DNA of 64,000 nucleotides from Felis catus (GCF_018350175.1 NC_058368.1:119042001-119106000), one strand, 5' to 3'; positions 24,279-36,779 are shown, counted from the stretch's first letter. Made by a program: numbers and translations. The notes: generated by a model not told the origin, from the letters alone.

Positions 24279-24760
24279 ATGCCCAGCCACCCCCTAGGCA
24301 ACAGATTTGGAAGAAAATTCCAATATACCCATGGAGCAAAGAATTATTAAAAGCCTTTGGAAAGAGGTTAGTTCAGTTTTTAAAACATTCTTGTAGAAGA
24401 ATCCCAGGAGTAAAAGAAACATAAATAAGTTGGTTTGTGGAATTTCCTGGAAATGTCCTAATGTGATCGTCCATCTGACATCCAAAAGCTGTGGGGATAC
24501 TGCCTATTTCATAGGCTGCCTCTTTCCAGTTGTATTTCCAACAGGATTATAATGACAAAAGTACTGAGAAAATACAGGAATAGTTTGGTTTTCATTTATC
24601 CTGAGAGTACATTTACGGCTTTTGAAGGACTGTCATGGCAAGGTTGACATCTTGGCCACGTCACTACTGCTCAGCATGAAAAAAAAAGCGTATAAAATCT
24701 GGATATTTATTAACAGTTCTAGTAAAGATGTGGGAGGAGATGTTGTAAAAGTTATTGGCC

Positions 24761-24793
24761 AATGTTACGTACCAATTTTACCTCAATAAAAAG
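24761..24793 (+). mobile_element. Ultra-short (33 bp) L1 3'-terminal insertion
   Basis: aatgttacgtaccaattttacctcaataaaaag flanked by perfect 13-bp TSD aaagttattggcc. Confidence 0.75.
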
Positions 24794-25290
24794 AAAGTTA
24801 TTGGCCGGACTGAGGTTTATATTACAATAGTAAATTTCATTTATTTAAGATGTTCTTCTGCCTCACAACCATGGTCTAAACCTGGGGGTATCTGAAACGG
24901 AAAATGCAACTCCAGGTTGACACAGTGGTGCTACTCGCTATGATTGGCTGGGGTGAGGTCTGGACCTGGTAGAGTCAATTGCAAGTTGCTTCACTGACCT
25001 GCTGGTTGGGAGCTTACTCTAAGCTTCCAGGCCATTATTATTAGGGCTACCGAATTAACTTGAGCACAGAGAGCATATCTACTCCTTGGAATATGGGCAT
25101 CCAGATGGGGGAGAAACTATGGCAAATCACACTGGCAAGGGAGGAAAAGAATATCCTCTTTCATCCCAGTGTTTGGTATCAGTGAAGCCCAATTAGAATT
25201 CGGTCATTCACTCACTCACTCACTCACTCACCCATTCATCCCAACTTAAAATTCTATCTGTGTGAGTATGTGTGCTAACTGACTGCGTGA

Positions 25291-26554
25291 TAGCCCTTTT
25301 CCCTTCACACAGTATTGCAGGACCATGAAAATTGCCATGTAGGCTGACACCATGCAAAGTGATCATCGTTATCGAGGGGAAAAATTATGGTTGTTCCGTG
25401 ACCTTTGAAAACTCTCTGTCAGTCATAAATGTACAGGGAAATACAAAAGATAGTAAAACTGTTATTTATCTAGCACGTTGTAATTTAAAGCATTAGAAAC
25501 ATTGATAATTAATGCAAAAAAATCTTACCAAGAGTCATTTGAATAGGGCTTGCCCTCTCCATCATATAACAATACAGTGCAGACACCCTACCAATGTCTG
25601 GGCAAATTATCAAACTCCTTTCTTTTTCTTTTTTTTTTTAATTTTTTATGTTTTATTTTATATTTGAAAGAGAGAGAGAGTGGGAGAGGGGCAGAGAGAG
25701 AGAGGGAGACAGACACAGAATCCGAAGCAGGGTACAGGCTCAGAGCTGTCAGCACAAAGCCTGGTGCGGGGCTCCAACCACGAGCAGTGAGATCATGACC
25801 TGAACCAGAGTCGGACGCTCAACTACTGAGCCACCCGGGCGCCCCTATCAAACTCCTTTGTAAATGTGGATGAGCGTCCACCATTTTACCCTTTTCTTCT
25901 CTGTCTGTCAATGTGAGGTATCGCCGAGAGTGCCTTTGATGTGAATTGGTCTGCCAGCACCGCTTCTGGAACGTCATCATCCTTTTGGTCACAACCACTG
26001 TGCTCATTGCTGTCGATACATTTGCCTTTACTAAGTCCCTCTGGCCATATATCTGGATTATATCCCACTGGCATGATGTATACATTCCCTGGTCAGCTAT
26101 TTCTTCTGTAACTCCGTTTACATTCAATTTGAATTTGACTTCCAGGGTAACTACATTTCATTTCTTTGCTGCACTTCCATCTTTTCTGGCTAATTTCCCC
26201 TTTTGACTATCCATATCTGTAAAATGTCACATGGGTTTTTCACTGGGAGACAAAGAGGCAACACAATTACCGCCGTCGCTGCCTGCACATGAACTAACAA
26301 ATGTGCAGTGACCCATCACCAACACACTTTGGAAGGAGTGACATAATTTGTCACTGATCGTGGTGCAAATCTGTTTTTCATGAAGTGATTTGATAGACTG
26401 AAAAACAAGCAGTGAAATTTCTCCTTTATGCAATTAGAGTTTACCTACTGTGGTAATTAAGTTTGAACCCTGTCGTTGGAGGACTGATGTTATATGACCA
26501 CATCATGGTAAGCAAAGTTTGTTTACCAGAACTCTGTAGAATGAGGACTGCCCA
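25291..26554 (-). mobile_element. Tigger6a-like TcMar-Tigger non-autonomous DNA transposon
   Basis: Degenerate ends (…tgaggactgcc); internal transposase remnants in ORFs 25819-26127 (NVNGVTEEIAD) and 25886-26074 (SGCDQKDDDVPE); interrupted by a SINE, and apparently inserted into an L2 (tail 25205-25240, body 26560-26780). Confidence 0.8.
25622..25845 (-). mobile_element. CAN-SINE nested in Tigger
   Basis: Full body; 14-bp TSD tatcaaactccttt. Confidence 0.96.
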
Positions 26555-27225
26555 CACAAGAGAGACAGCTAGGGAACATCATAGAGGCTTCTGTGAAGCC
26601 TGTGGAGTGAGGTAACGTTTCTTGGAGAAGGTGATATGCGAGCTGGGACCTGAGAAATGAATGGGAATTAGTCTGATGAAGGAAGAGAGTAGGGAAGACT
26701 TCCAGGCAGCGGTTAGAGTAGGTAAAAGGCCTCTGATGTAGGACAGTGCACAGGGCGTGGGGTGGAAGCTGTGGCTGCTTCAGGCAGGATGTGGTACGTA
26801 ACCCTAGTCCATATCTGAGCTGCCTCCAGCCCCGCAGGCTCTTGCTCTTGGTTACCAGGCATCCCTGGCTGATGTGGGTGGGAATCTCAGATGCTCTGTT
26901 TTGGGATAGTCACAGTAGGGCACCCTGCTGCCTTCTCCACTCCAAGGGGCTCTCCTGTGGCAGCTGAAGAAGTCACCAGGAAAACAGAACCAAACTAAAC
27001 AAATTGAATGTAGATACTGGTTTGTATCCATGATAGAGCAAAAACCAATAATTCAGATACAAATGATCTAAGTACAGGATGGTATAAAGCAGAAAGAAAA
27101 TCCCTTTCACAAATCACAAATCACAATTCAGAAGGTTGGTTCAAACTTTTAAATGATAAACTGCATTTCTAGTCAAGACAAATACAGAGTACAGTATCTT
27201 TCTTATTCCATTTAGCTAAAATCTA

Positions 27226-27289
27226 TTTTTTATGTTTATTTTTGAGAGAGAGAGAGTGTGTGTGTGCAGGATGGGTAGGAAGACACACA

Positions 27290-27349
<60 letters not shown>

Positions 27350-27503
27350 CTGAAGTAGGCTTTGCAATGACGGCAGAAAATCCCATGTGGGGCTTGAACC
27401 CGTGAACTGTGAAATCATGATGTGGGCTTGAACCTGGGAATCATGAGATCAAGCCCTGAGCCAAGGTTGGACACTTAACTGACTGAGCCACCCAGGAGCT
27501 CCC
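27226..27503 (-). mobile_element. CAN-SINE with expanded (CA)n(GA)n and an internal duplication
   Basis: SINE body; atgtgg(g)gcttgaacc occurs twice (~27385 and ~27420). Confidence 0.92.
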
Positions 27504-27529
27504 TGTTTGACTTACATCTAAATGGTTAC

Positions 27530-27715
27530 TATGAGTAACTGGCCCAGGCAATGCACTGAAAATAATCTCATTTAATTTCCACAACACTTTTAGGACGCAA
27601 CTATTATTACCCCCATTTTACAGATGAAGAAACTGAGGTGAAGCCACCATAAAGTCACAGAGCTGGGATCCAAACTCTGGATTTATTCTAAAGCCTGTGA
27701 TTTTAGCGACTACCC
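27530..27715 (-). mobile_element. MIR SINE
   Basis: atctcatttaatttccacaac…attattaccccattttacagatgaagaaactgagg. Confidence 0.85.
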
Positions 27716-28707
27716 CACCAGCATATTTAATCATAATTAATGAAAATAAACACAACTGTCAAATTTGTGATGAATGACTATTTTACGTAAGATAAACAGA
27801 TCAAAATAAATGCGAGAGAACAGAGCAAGAATGTTCCATCCTTGTGAAAACATTGAGATGGAGAGAATGCTTAAGATGAACAGTTTTAAGAAAAGTTTGG
27901 TGAAAATGAGTGGAATCCCAGGCATGAGTAATGAATTCAAGATTCTATTAGGAAAGCAAAACACTGAGATTATCTCGAATACTGAGTTAACAATGAGATT
28001 TCACCATCTGCATTCTAGCCATGAGTAAGACATTTATTTGAATTAGATAAGAAGATATAATGCCATTTGAAGGAGGCCCAGTAAATTTAATAACAGAGAT
28101 AAATGAAACTGACAATGATCTCACACTTTATAAATCTAAACATGGGACCAAGGTTAGACACAGAGACCCTAGTGGTTGATGAATGAGGTTGGATGCTGCT
28201 TTTTGCACTGTCTACTGCACACTGGACATGATTTTTGTGTTTCTCTCTTCTAACCAAGGAGATTAGGAAAGAATTAATTCAATTCCCTTTAAACCAGACC
28301 ACAGGAGCCAGAAGCAACCTTGAACCTCTCTTACTCAAATAGCAGCTCTGTTGGTAATTTAATCACTAACTGAGTTGTGTAACTTGCCTATGACAAATTG
28401 TAAAATACCTACAATGTGGAAACTTGCCACAGCAATTCATTCGTAGGAAGGGGAGGGAAGCCCCAGCCAGCTCACACATTCTGCCTCCATGTCTCTTGCT
28501 CCCTGCTCTCGCTTGCTGACATTGCTTCTATTTTAGGAAAGGATATGGGTACAGTTCTGGATCAAGCAAGAGAGTGCAGTCACTGAAACATGTCAGGATG
28601 CTCTGCTTCCCTGCCCTCTCCTCCCCACCCCCACTTTATACTTGCCAACGTGTAGCCCCACATCAGGCACATCACTGGCACTCCATCAAGTTAACATGTT
28701 TGCAAGG

Positions 28708-28998
28708 ACAGACCTATAAATACAGAGAACTCATGCTTCCCAGAGAGGAGACGTGTGAGAGATGGGCAAAATGAGTAAAGGGGAGTGGGAGATAAAGGCT
28801 TCCACCTATATTACAGAAAGAATAACCCACAGGAATAAAAGGCACAGCATGCGGAATACAGTCATTGGTATTGTAATAGAGTTGTGTGGCGAGAGTCAGT
28901 ACCTACACTGGAGGTGAGCAAGGCATAACGTATAGAGTTGTTGAATCACTACGGGGTACACCTGGAAGTAATGTAACATTGTCAGCTACACTAAAAAC
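28708..28998 (+). mobile_element. Carnivore L1 3'UTR fragment
   Basis: agacctataaatacagagaac…gggcaaaatgagtaaaggggagtgggagataaaggcttcc…tatagagttgttgaatcacta. Confidence 0.85.
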
Positions 28999-29104
28999 AA
29001 GTCCTCTTGGGTAGCAGTGTAAAAGACTCCTGGATTCATAAGATACTCGGCATGTAACAAAATAATAATAAGAAAATGTTAGCAAGGAGTGAGGGTGAGG
29101 TCCC

Positions 29105-29500
29105 GTCTGATCTGGCTTCTACTCATTGTCCAGCCTTATCTCGGGTCACTTTCCACCTTGCTCACTCTGATGCTTAGCTTCAGACACAGATATTTTGAGT
29201 AGAATTAATGTGGGTTATTCGTCCATTTCCTAATAACCAAAACGTTTCATTCTTTAGTTTCAGTTTGAGCTTCATATTCCCTTGGAAGCTTTCCTAGGTC
29301 ATTCGATCTATATTAGCCTCCTGGTCAGAAGCTCCCATAGCTCCTGTGTTTCCTAGCACTAAACATGCTTCTGTCTCGTCTGCAGGACTGGAGGGTCTGA
29401 GGGCAGGTGCAACTCCCCTCCTGTCCCCCCTGTATTCCAACACCCAGCACAATGCCTGGCATGCCACCTGCCCTCAGTCAAGGCTCATAGAGTGAATGGT
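29105..29500 (+). mobile_element. L2 3' fragment
   Basis: ctgtattccaacacccagcacaatgcctggcat…gtgaatgg. Confidence 0.65.
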
Positions 29501-29807
29501 TGCTTTCTTCATTTTCATTTTGAAAAAGGTATTACAAGATATTTAAGACATGCATCAATGCATAAAGAAAAATATCACAAAGCCCCGGTATCGGTTACAG
29601 ATGCAAGTGTTAAGTCCCTGCTTCCCACTCCCTGATCACACTCTGCTCTCTAGAGGCAATGAGTAGTCTGAATTTAGTTACTACTATTTCTATACATTTC
29701 TTAATACTTTCGTTAAACATATACGCAAATGTATAATATTGTATTTTCATACTTTAAGTGTCGTACTCTATGTATCCTTCTGCAAATGGCATCTTTCGTT
29801 CAACTTT

Positions 29808-30001
29808 TTAAAAAAAGTTTATGTATTTATTTTGAGAGAGAGAGAGAGAGGCAGAAAGAAGGAGAGAGAGAGAATCCCAAGCAGACTCTGCACTGTCAGC
29901 CAGATTCTGAGGTGAAGCTCGAACTCGTGAACCGTGACATCATGCCCTGAGCTGAAACCAGCAGGTGGACACTTAACCGACTGAGCCACCCAGGCACTGC
30001 C
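29808..30001 (-). mobile_element. CAN-SINE nested in an old antisense L1 3'UTR (~29510-30230)
   Basis: SINE body; TSD ttcaacttttt; flanks resemble antisense L1ME-type 3'UTR. Confidence 0.92.
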
Positions 30002-30561
30002 TCCTTTCAACTTTTTGTTATTCGTTCCTACCACTGCATTTGGCTAGAGGTTATTTATTTTCACTGATGTGTAGTATTCCATTGCATGACTACCCTACTA
30101 TGAATCCGTTTACTTACTGATGGAGTATTTTCTAAATTCTTGCTGTTACAAAGTGCCACAAGTGTCCTTGTCCTTGTACTTTCTTCTCTTAGTATGAAGT
30201 ATGCATACTTCTTCCCACCAGTATGCAGGATCTTTTCATTTTTCATTGCCAAACTGACCTGTACTTGGTCTGTGAAAGCCATGCAAGAGGCAGGGCACTG
30301 GATAACCCAATTTATGTTTGTGTGAGATGCCTATGAACGGACCTCTGAGGGGCAATGTGGAAGAGTGACAAGAACACTGATATGGGAGTCAAGCAGAGGT
30401 GGTGGATCCCAGGACCCACTCAACTCCTTAGCAGCTGGGCTACACTGGGAAGACAAAGTCTCAGTTTTCATTCTGTAGAAATGGGATAATAGCCTCCCAT
30501 CTACCTATCTTATAAGGTTGCTACAATGATCCAATGAAATGACATTGCTGAAAGGGTTTTT

Positions 30562-30848
30562 CTTTTTTTTTTCTTTTCTTTTCTTTTCTTTTCTTTTCTT
30601 TTCTTTTCTTTTCTGTTTTTTTTAATTTTTTATATGTTCATTTATTTTTAAGAAGAGACAGAGAGAGAGAGGCAGAGACAGAGCATGAGTGGGGGAGGGA
30701 CAGAGAGAGAAGGAGAGAGAATCCCCAACAGGCTCCAGGCTCCGAGCTGTCAGCACACAGCTGGACATGGGACTTGAACTCACAAACCGTGAGACCATGA
30801 CCTGAGCCGAAGTCAGATGCTTAACTGATGGAGCCACCCAGGTGCCCC
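30562..30848 (-). mobile_element. CAN-SINE with (TTTTC)n-expanded tail
   Basis: Full body; tail contains a pentanucleotide microsatellite at ~30570-30613; preceded by a + strand MIR (~30345-30555). Confidence 0.95.
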
Positions 30849-32199
30849 AGGATTTTGGAAACCTGATGTATTATGCAGCATCAGAGCATCCATAGCCAGA
30901 TTTCATTACTCAGGTGTAATACAGCAAAAGAGTTAAAATAAAACATTGCAATAAGAATATAAAATAATTTATCACTTCTTATAAATTTGTTATCCTCTAC
31001 ACACATTAACTGGAGTGTTCTAGGAATAATACCTTACTCCCAAAGAACAGACTGTGGGAAAATCAGACTCTTGAGGGAAATCTGATTGGACCCATGGGTT
31101 TCCACTGCCTGTAACATTCTACTGAGGAGACAGTTGAGTTGGTTCCAGAGTTGAAACGAGTTGAGTTGGTTCCAGAAAGGTATTTGTTGCAAGGTTGTGT
31201 CTTCATGCTCAGATGCATGATGAAGTAAGAGAGGTGTGATGGTTCAAACGAGAGGTTTGGAATTCAAAAGACATGGGTTCAAATCTTGACTTTACTTCCC
31301 TTTAATTAGGACAATACATAATCTTGTAGGACTGCAGGGAAGATGAAATGAACTCACGTATGTAAAGCAGCACACTTAGCGCTTTCAGCGTGTGGCTCAA
31401 AACCAGGCTCAGTGGAAATTTCCCAAAAGGTGAGACAAGGTTGCTGGGCTTTTGTTCCGCTCACGTGATCTCAGCTCAGTTTAACTCCCCTTCATTTTTT
31501 TTTTTTTTCAAGTGTTGGTGCAAGCTTTCTGTCAGGACCTTCAGCTCTCATACTGACACTTTCCCCAAAATGACCAAGGTATGCTAAGAGCAACAAAGAA
31601 CGCAGCCACTACCACCAAGTTTTGACCTGAAACGATTGACTTCTGGTTTGCAAACTGACAAAGAGCCGCCTTGTTCATTTGTCTGGTTAATTAGCAAGGC
31701 ACCAAAGAGAGGGTTTCCAATTTAGTCATACAATCTTGGTCTCCTACAAATGCTAGTAACAGACAAAGTTAAAAATGCAGGGTCAGAACCCTGGATTCCT
31801 ACAGAATTGTTGCTATCCCTATCTCCTTCACCAGAATCCTACTGTTTTATTTTTATGGACATAATGAGTCAAAGAATGGATTTATTTTGTGTATTACACA
31901 CTGATGTCTGGGTTCCTGGGAACTGGCTTGCTTTGCAAGCACACATTTGTCTCTACAAATACATCCCCTGTCAAGGTCTCCCCAGGACTAGGAAGGAGGT
32001 GAAAGAGCAGGGAGGAGGGACACAGAACAATGTCCTTTCTATTCTAGTAATCTGGGGAGGCTTCCTGGAGGGCAAATGCCTGGAAAAGATGGGTGGAGTG
32101 AGTGGATGGAATTTCGCTGTCATAGATTGCTTTTGTTGCCCTCTATCCTTCACTTGTTCACTCAAAGAGGTTTATTAAGCTCCTGCTACCAGGCATTGT

Positions 32200-32440
32200 G
32201 GCTTGGGAGCGGGTTTAAATCCCAGTTTTGCCACTGACCAGGTGTGTGGTCTAGGACAAAGTTTTAATTTCTCTGTATCTCAATTTCCTCATCTGTAAAA
32301 CAGGGATAATAATAGTACTTGCCTTATTGGGTCACTGGTGGGGTTAAATAAATTAGTGTTCTCTACATCTACCTAGATATCTTGAAACAGTCCTCGGGCC
32401 ATTGCAAGAATTCAAGAAATATTACCTGCTATTATTACTC
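32200..32440 (+). mobile_element. MIR SINE
   Basis: gggtttaaatcccagttttgccactgaccaggtgtgtgg…caatttcctcatctgtaaaacagggataataatag. Confidence 0.88.
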
Positions 32441-33094
32441 TGCTAGAGACTGTACTGGTATTAAAAAAAATTGTCCTGTAAAACTTAAAGACAGAGCTTT
32501 TCTGATAAGCTCATCAGTTCTTCAGGGTTAAGAAGAGGCTTTTTTTTTTTTTTTTTTTTTTTTTAAAGTAAAGCAAAAGCATTGAGGTTATAATCTTCTT
32601 GGCCACTGTAAACAGCTCAAACTTGGAAGGCTGAAGACTCGAAGTGGTCTGGGAGGCAAAGGCACCAAACTATGTTTAATGGCAACTAAAATAAACGCTA
32701 TTATGTATTTGCTAAATAAGCCATCCTTTCCAAATGGAAAACATCAGTCATTTTAGTTTGCCACTGAGCTCGGCCAATGCTGTTGGAGAAGCACAAATGG
32801 GACGTAATATAAAAGTATACACATGATGTACTGTTCTAAATTCAAAAAGCGCATTTCTCTTACATGGCTATTCCCCGAAATTTTCAGAGATGATGCATAG
32901 AATGAGGTCGTTATTAAGCTAAAAATGAACAACAGTAAAACAGAGAATGGATCCAGAGAGCTGAAAGAGTTGAAGGGAAACCATTAAATAGAGGTAATAG
33001 GGGAGGACGGGGAATGTAAGAAATTATGTTCACCCTCTTACCTCAAGGAAAGACTAACCCTACTGTAGCTTGGAGTTCGCAGACAAAAATCTTT

Positions 33095-33133
33095 AAACAA
33101 ACAAACAAACAAACAAACAAACAAACAAACAAA
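33095..33133 (+). repeat. (AAAC)n microsatellite
   Basis: Perfect tetranucleotide run. Confidence 0.97.
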
Positions 33134-33798
33134 GGATGTCCATAGAAGGACAACTTACATGTTTGCTCAATAGCCCACTGTTCAGAAATGCTTCTAAGAA
33201 AATGACTTTTGTGTAACCTAAATTCCTCACACTGCGGCCCAAGTCTGTCTAAAAGTTGCTGTTGCGACTATAGAAAAAAAAAACAACAAAAACTCACATA
33301 ACTAGAATTCTTCAGAATGGATTGCTTTTATTGTTGCTGTTTTTGCTGTTCTGCTTAGCTTGGCCTACGAAGAAAATTTATTTCAAGCTTTCTGTTCAGA
33401 CTTTTTAGGAGGTGCATAGAAGCCATGGAAATACAGTAGAGGGAAAATATCTTAACCTTCTTTGAATAATTCAGGACTCTCCAGGGCTTCAAGGCTCCTT
33501 AGGAGGAAGATGATTATGACTGGGCAGGCCTGAAGATGCAGAAAGTTGAGAAGACAGGACCTAACCATCATTCAAATACATCCATCTTGGAAGAAGTACC
33601 TTTTACGGGAGGGGGAGGGGCAGAAAGACACTTAGTAACAGAGCCTTTCCTTAGGAACTGAGAGTAAAAAGGGAAAAGAAAAAATGCTGTTCCAGTAAAC
33701 TTGAGGGTTATGACACTACTTCTAGTACATATGAATTTTAAAATATATATGAAATATAACTTACATACCATAAATTCACCTATTTAAAGTATACAATT

Positions 33799-34010
33799 TG
33801 GGGCACCTGGGTGGCTCAGTCGGTTAAGTCTTCGACTTTAACTCAGGTCGTCATCTCCCAGGTCATGAGTTCGAGTTCCGCATCAAGCTCTGTGCTAACA
33901 GCACGGAGCCTGGAGCCTGCTTCAGATTCTGTGTCTCCCTCTCTCTCTGCTCCTCCCCCACTCACACTCTGTCTCTGTCTCTCAAAAAATAAATAAGCGT
34001 AAAAAAATTA
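33799..34010 (+). mobile_element. CAN-SINE
   Basis: ggggcacctgggtggctcagtcggttaag…aaaaaataaataa. Confidence 0.96.
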
Positions 34011-34011
34011 A

Positions 34012-34204
34012 ATTTTTCTTTTTTTGAGAGAGCGAGTGAGCATGTGTGATCAGGGGAGAGACAGAAGGAGGGAGACAGAATCTCAAGCAGGTGCCACACT
34101 CAGCACAGAGCCTGATGTAGAGCTCCATCTCACAACCCTGGAACCATGACCTGAGCCAAAATAAAGAGTTGGAAGCTCAACCGATTGAGCCACTTGGGCG
34201 CCCC
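34012..34204 (-). mobile_element. CAN-SINE, tail-to-tail with the preceding SINE
   Basis: tttttgagagagcgagtgagc…gctcaaccgattgagccacttgggcgcccc. Confidence 0.93.
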
Positions 34205-36314
34205 TATGTATAAGTTTTTATGTAGGCATGTGTTTTTATTCCCCTTAGGTAGATACCTTGGAATCTGTACCCAGTTGAATTGGTGGGTCACATGGTAGTT
34301 CTTTGTCTACCATTTTGAGGCACTGCCAAGCCATCTTCCATTCCCACCAGCAATGTATGTTTCAATCTCTACATCTTTGCCCAACATTTGTTATTATGTC
34401 TTTTTCACTATGGCCACCCTAAGGAGACTGAAGGGGTATCTCATGGGGGTTTTGATTTTCTTTTCCCTAATATCTAATTATGTTAACTGAGCATTTTTTC
34501 TTGTGCTTACTGGCCATTTGTCTGTCTTCTGTGGAGATATGTCTATTTAAATCCTCTTCCCATTTAAAAATTGGGCTCTTTGTCTATCGTTGAGTTGTAA
34601 GAGTTCTTGTTATATTCTGGATGCGTGTTCCTTGTCAGATAGATATGATTTACCAATCAATATTTTCTTCCATTTTAAGGGAATGGCTTTTCAATTTCTT
34701 AATAGTATCCTTTGAGATAACTCAAACTATTTGTACTGAACCATTTTTAATAATCATTCTTAAATTTGATTAAGTTCAATTTGTTTACTTTCTTGATTGC
34801 TTGAGCTTTGGTGCCATATGTAAGAAACTGTTGCCTATTCTAATGTCACAGAGATGTACACTTATGTTTTCTTCTAAGAGTTTTAAAGTTTTAGTTCTTA
34901 AATTTAAGTCTGTGAGCCATTTTAAGTTAATTTTGTGTATAATGTAAAGGAGGAGTCCAGCTTTATTCTTTCACAGGTGGATATCCAGTTTTTCTAGCAT
35001 CATTTGTTGGAAAGACTAGTCTTTCCTCATTAGTTCATATACTTTAAAAAATTATAGCTAAATATTGAAGAAATCAGCTACGAAACCTATCTGTACATAT
35101 GATATCTGATAAGAAAAATTGATTTATAGATTCTTTCCTCTCTAGTACATTGTTTGACTTTGGGTCAAACAGGTTTCATGCCCACTTGTCCACTTGTTTT
35201 ATTCTTTATCAATGATGTGTAGAAACTCTATTGGGCAACACAGGGCACACAGTGAGGAATTTGATAGTGGGTGGATTTAACCTGAGGCTAGCTTCTCTCT
35301 TGGTAGAGAGAATAACACAAGGAGGTATGAGAGAAAGGATGAGGACAGTGGATGGTTGTTTCAATAGATTCTTGTATCTCCTGTTATAAGAGGAGACATC
35401 ATACCTTTCTAATGCCAGTATTTATCCAACATGCCAATATTTCTTAATACATCAGCGTCTTCAAATATGCTGTTCTACTCAGTCTGAAATGCTTTTCCCT
35501 TTTCTCCTTTCCTGGTAAGCTGTTACTCACTTCAGCTCTAAAAGGAACGATCACTTTCTTCGGGAAGATTTACTGATTTCCCAGGTCAGCTGCTCCTGTT
35601 CGACACATGCACAGGGGACTCTACTTCAACTAGGTAGTACTTTCCATCTGGGTAATGAAAGAATTAATTGGGTAATTAGTGGTTTCATGTACATCTCCTC
35701 TGTTGTTGTGAGAGCTTATTCAGGGTGGGTACTGTGTCTATCTTTTCCTGCTCACTATTACATAGAGCTTGAGAGAGCAAGCTCCAGAGTCAACAGACAG
35801 GCCTGGTGAGAAACCCAGCTATAGTTAACCACTATGAATCTTTATTTCTCCATCTATAAAATCGGGATAATACTGGCACCCACCTCACAGGGCCTTTGGG
35901 AGAATTAATGAATAGCTCCTGGAGTACTCAGCATGTTGCTTGGCACATGGCAAGCACATTCAGGTGCTTGGAATCTATTGGATGAATGAAGGCATCAGCC
36001 CCGTGGGGCAATCTGCCATACCCAATGGACCCAGGTGGGAAATGTGCACTTCCCATAGAGGCTGGGGGGAGAAGGCTGAATGAATGAGTGGCACAATGAC
36101 TCCTTAATAATATTTTAGAATAAAAAACATTCCCTCAGTGTCCTGGGTGGTCAAACCACTCTGATTAGAAAGGTATGATATCTTTCAGAAGCATAGTCGG
36201 TACAATCATTAAAAACAATTAGACAAACTATATTTTTGTATTTCCACAGCATACCAAGCAACCAATCTGCCTAATTTAAAGAAAGATTTTTTTTGTGCCA
36301 ACATTATTGTAGCT

Positions 36315-36545
36315 TAGTGTTCAACACAGTGCTTAAGAAGGGATGCTCTGGAGTACAATTGGCTGGGTACCCACTCTAGCTACCCACCATTTAGCATTTA
36401 GGCAAGTTATGCAATCCCTGAGCCTCAGATACCTGATCTGTGAAATGGAATTATTAATCATATCTTGATTATAGGGTTGTTGAGAGGATTCAGTAGGGCA
36501 GTGTACTTAGCTCAGTGCCTGGCACATCCCACAGGCTCAAAAGAA
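36315..36545 (+). mobile_element. MIR SINE
   Basis: taggcaagttatgcaatccctgagcctcag…atctgtgaaatgg…tagggttgttgagaggatt…cagtgcctggcac. Confidence 0.85.
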
Positions 36546-36779
36546 CTTGAGTTATTTCCAGTTGTTAGTTTGGAAAGGCTCTGGTTTCTGGTTAAAAGAG
36601 ATCTAAATCCCAAAGTATTAGTTTCATTAAACTCTTGACAATCTTCCAAGGAGAATGAGAAACAAACAGCATATAAAACACTCATTTAGTGCTATTTTAT
36701 TGTGAGCTACAGTTAATCGGATTGCCAAATTTTCCATTCATTCCCAAGAAGTCATAATTAGGAAAACAAACAGCGTATG

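Larger units (their letters stand above)
33733..35030 (-). mobile_element. Old L1 (L1MB/MC-like) 3'UTR plus ORF2 3' end, interrupted by two SINEs
   Basis: taacttacataccataaattcacctatttaaagtatacaatt (3' end); ttcccaccagcaatgtatg, gtgcttactggccatttg, ttttcttctaagagtttt; approximate TSD tagt(a/t)catat at 33722 and 35031. Confidence 0.88.

Noticed and set aside
25819..26127. Possible domesticated transposase CDS
   Set aside because: Internally deleted, frameshifted Tigger remnant interrupted by a SINE.
31750..32178. Longest ORF in the track (142 aa)
   Set aside because: No recognisable domain or supporting splice structure; length is within chance expectation for 64 kb.
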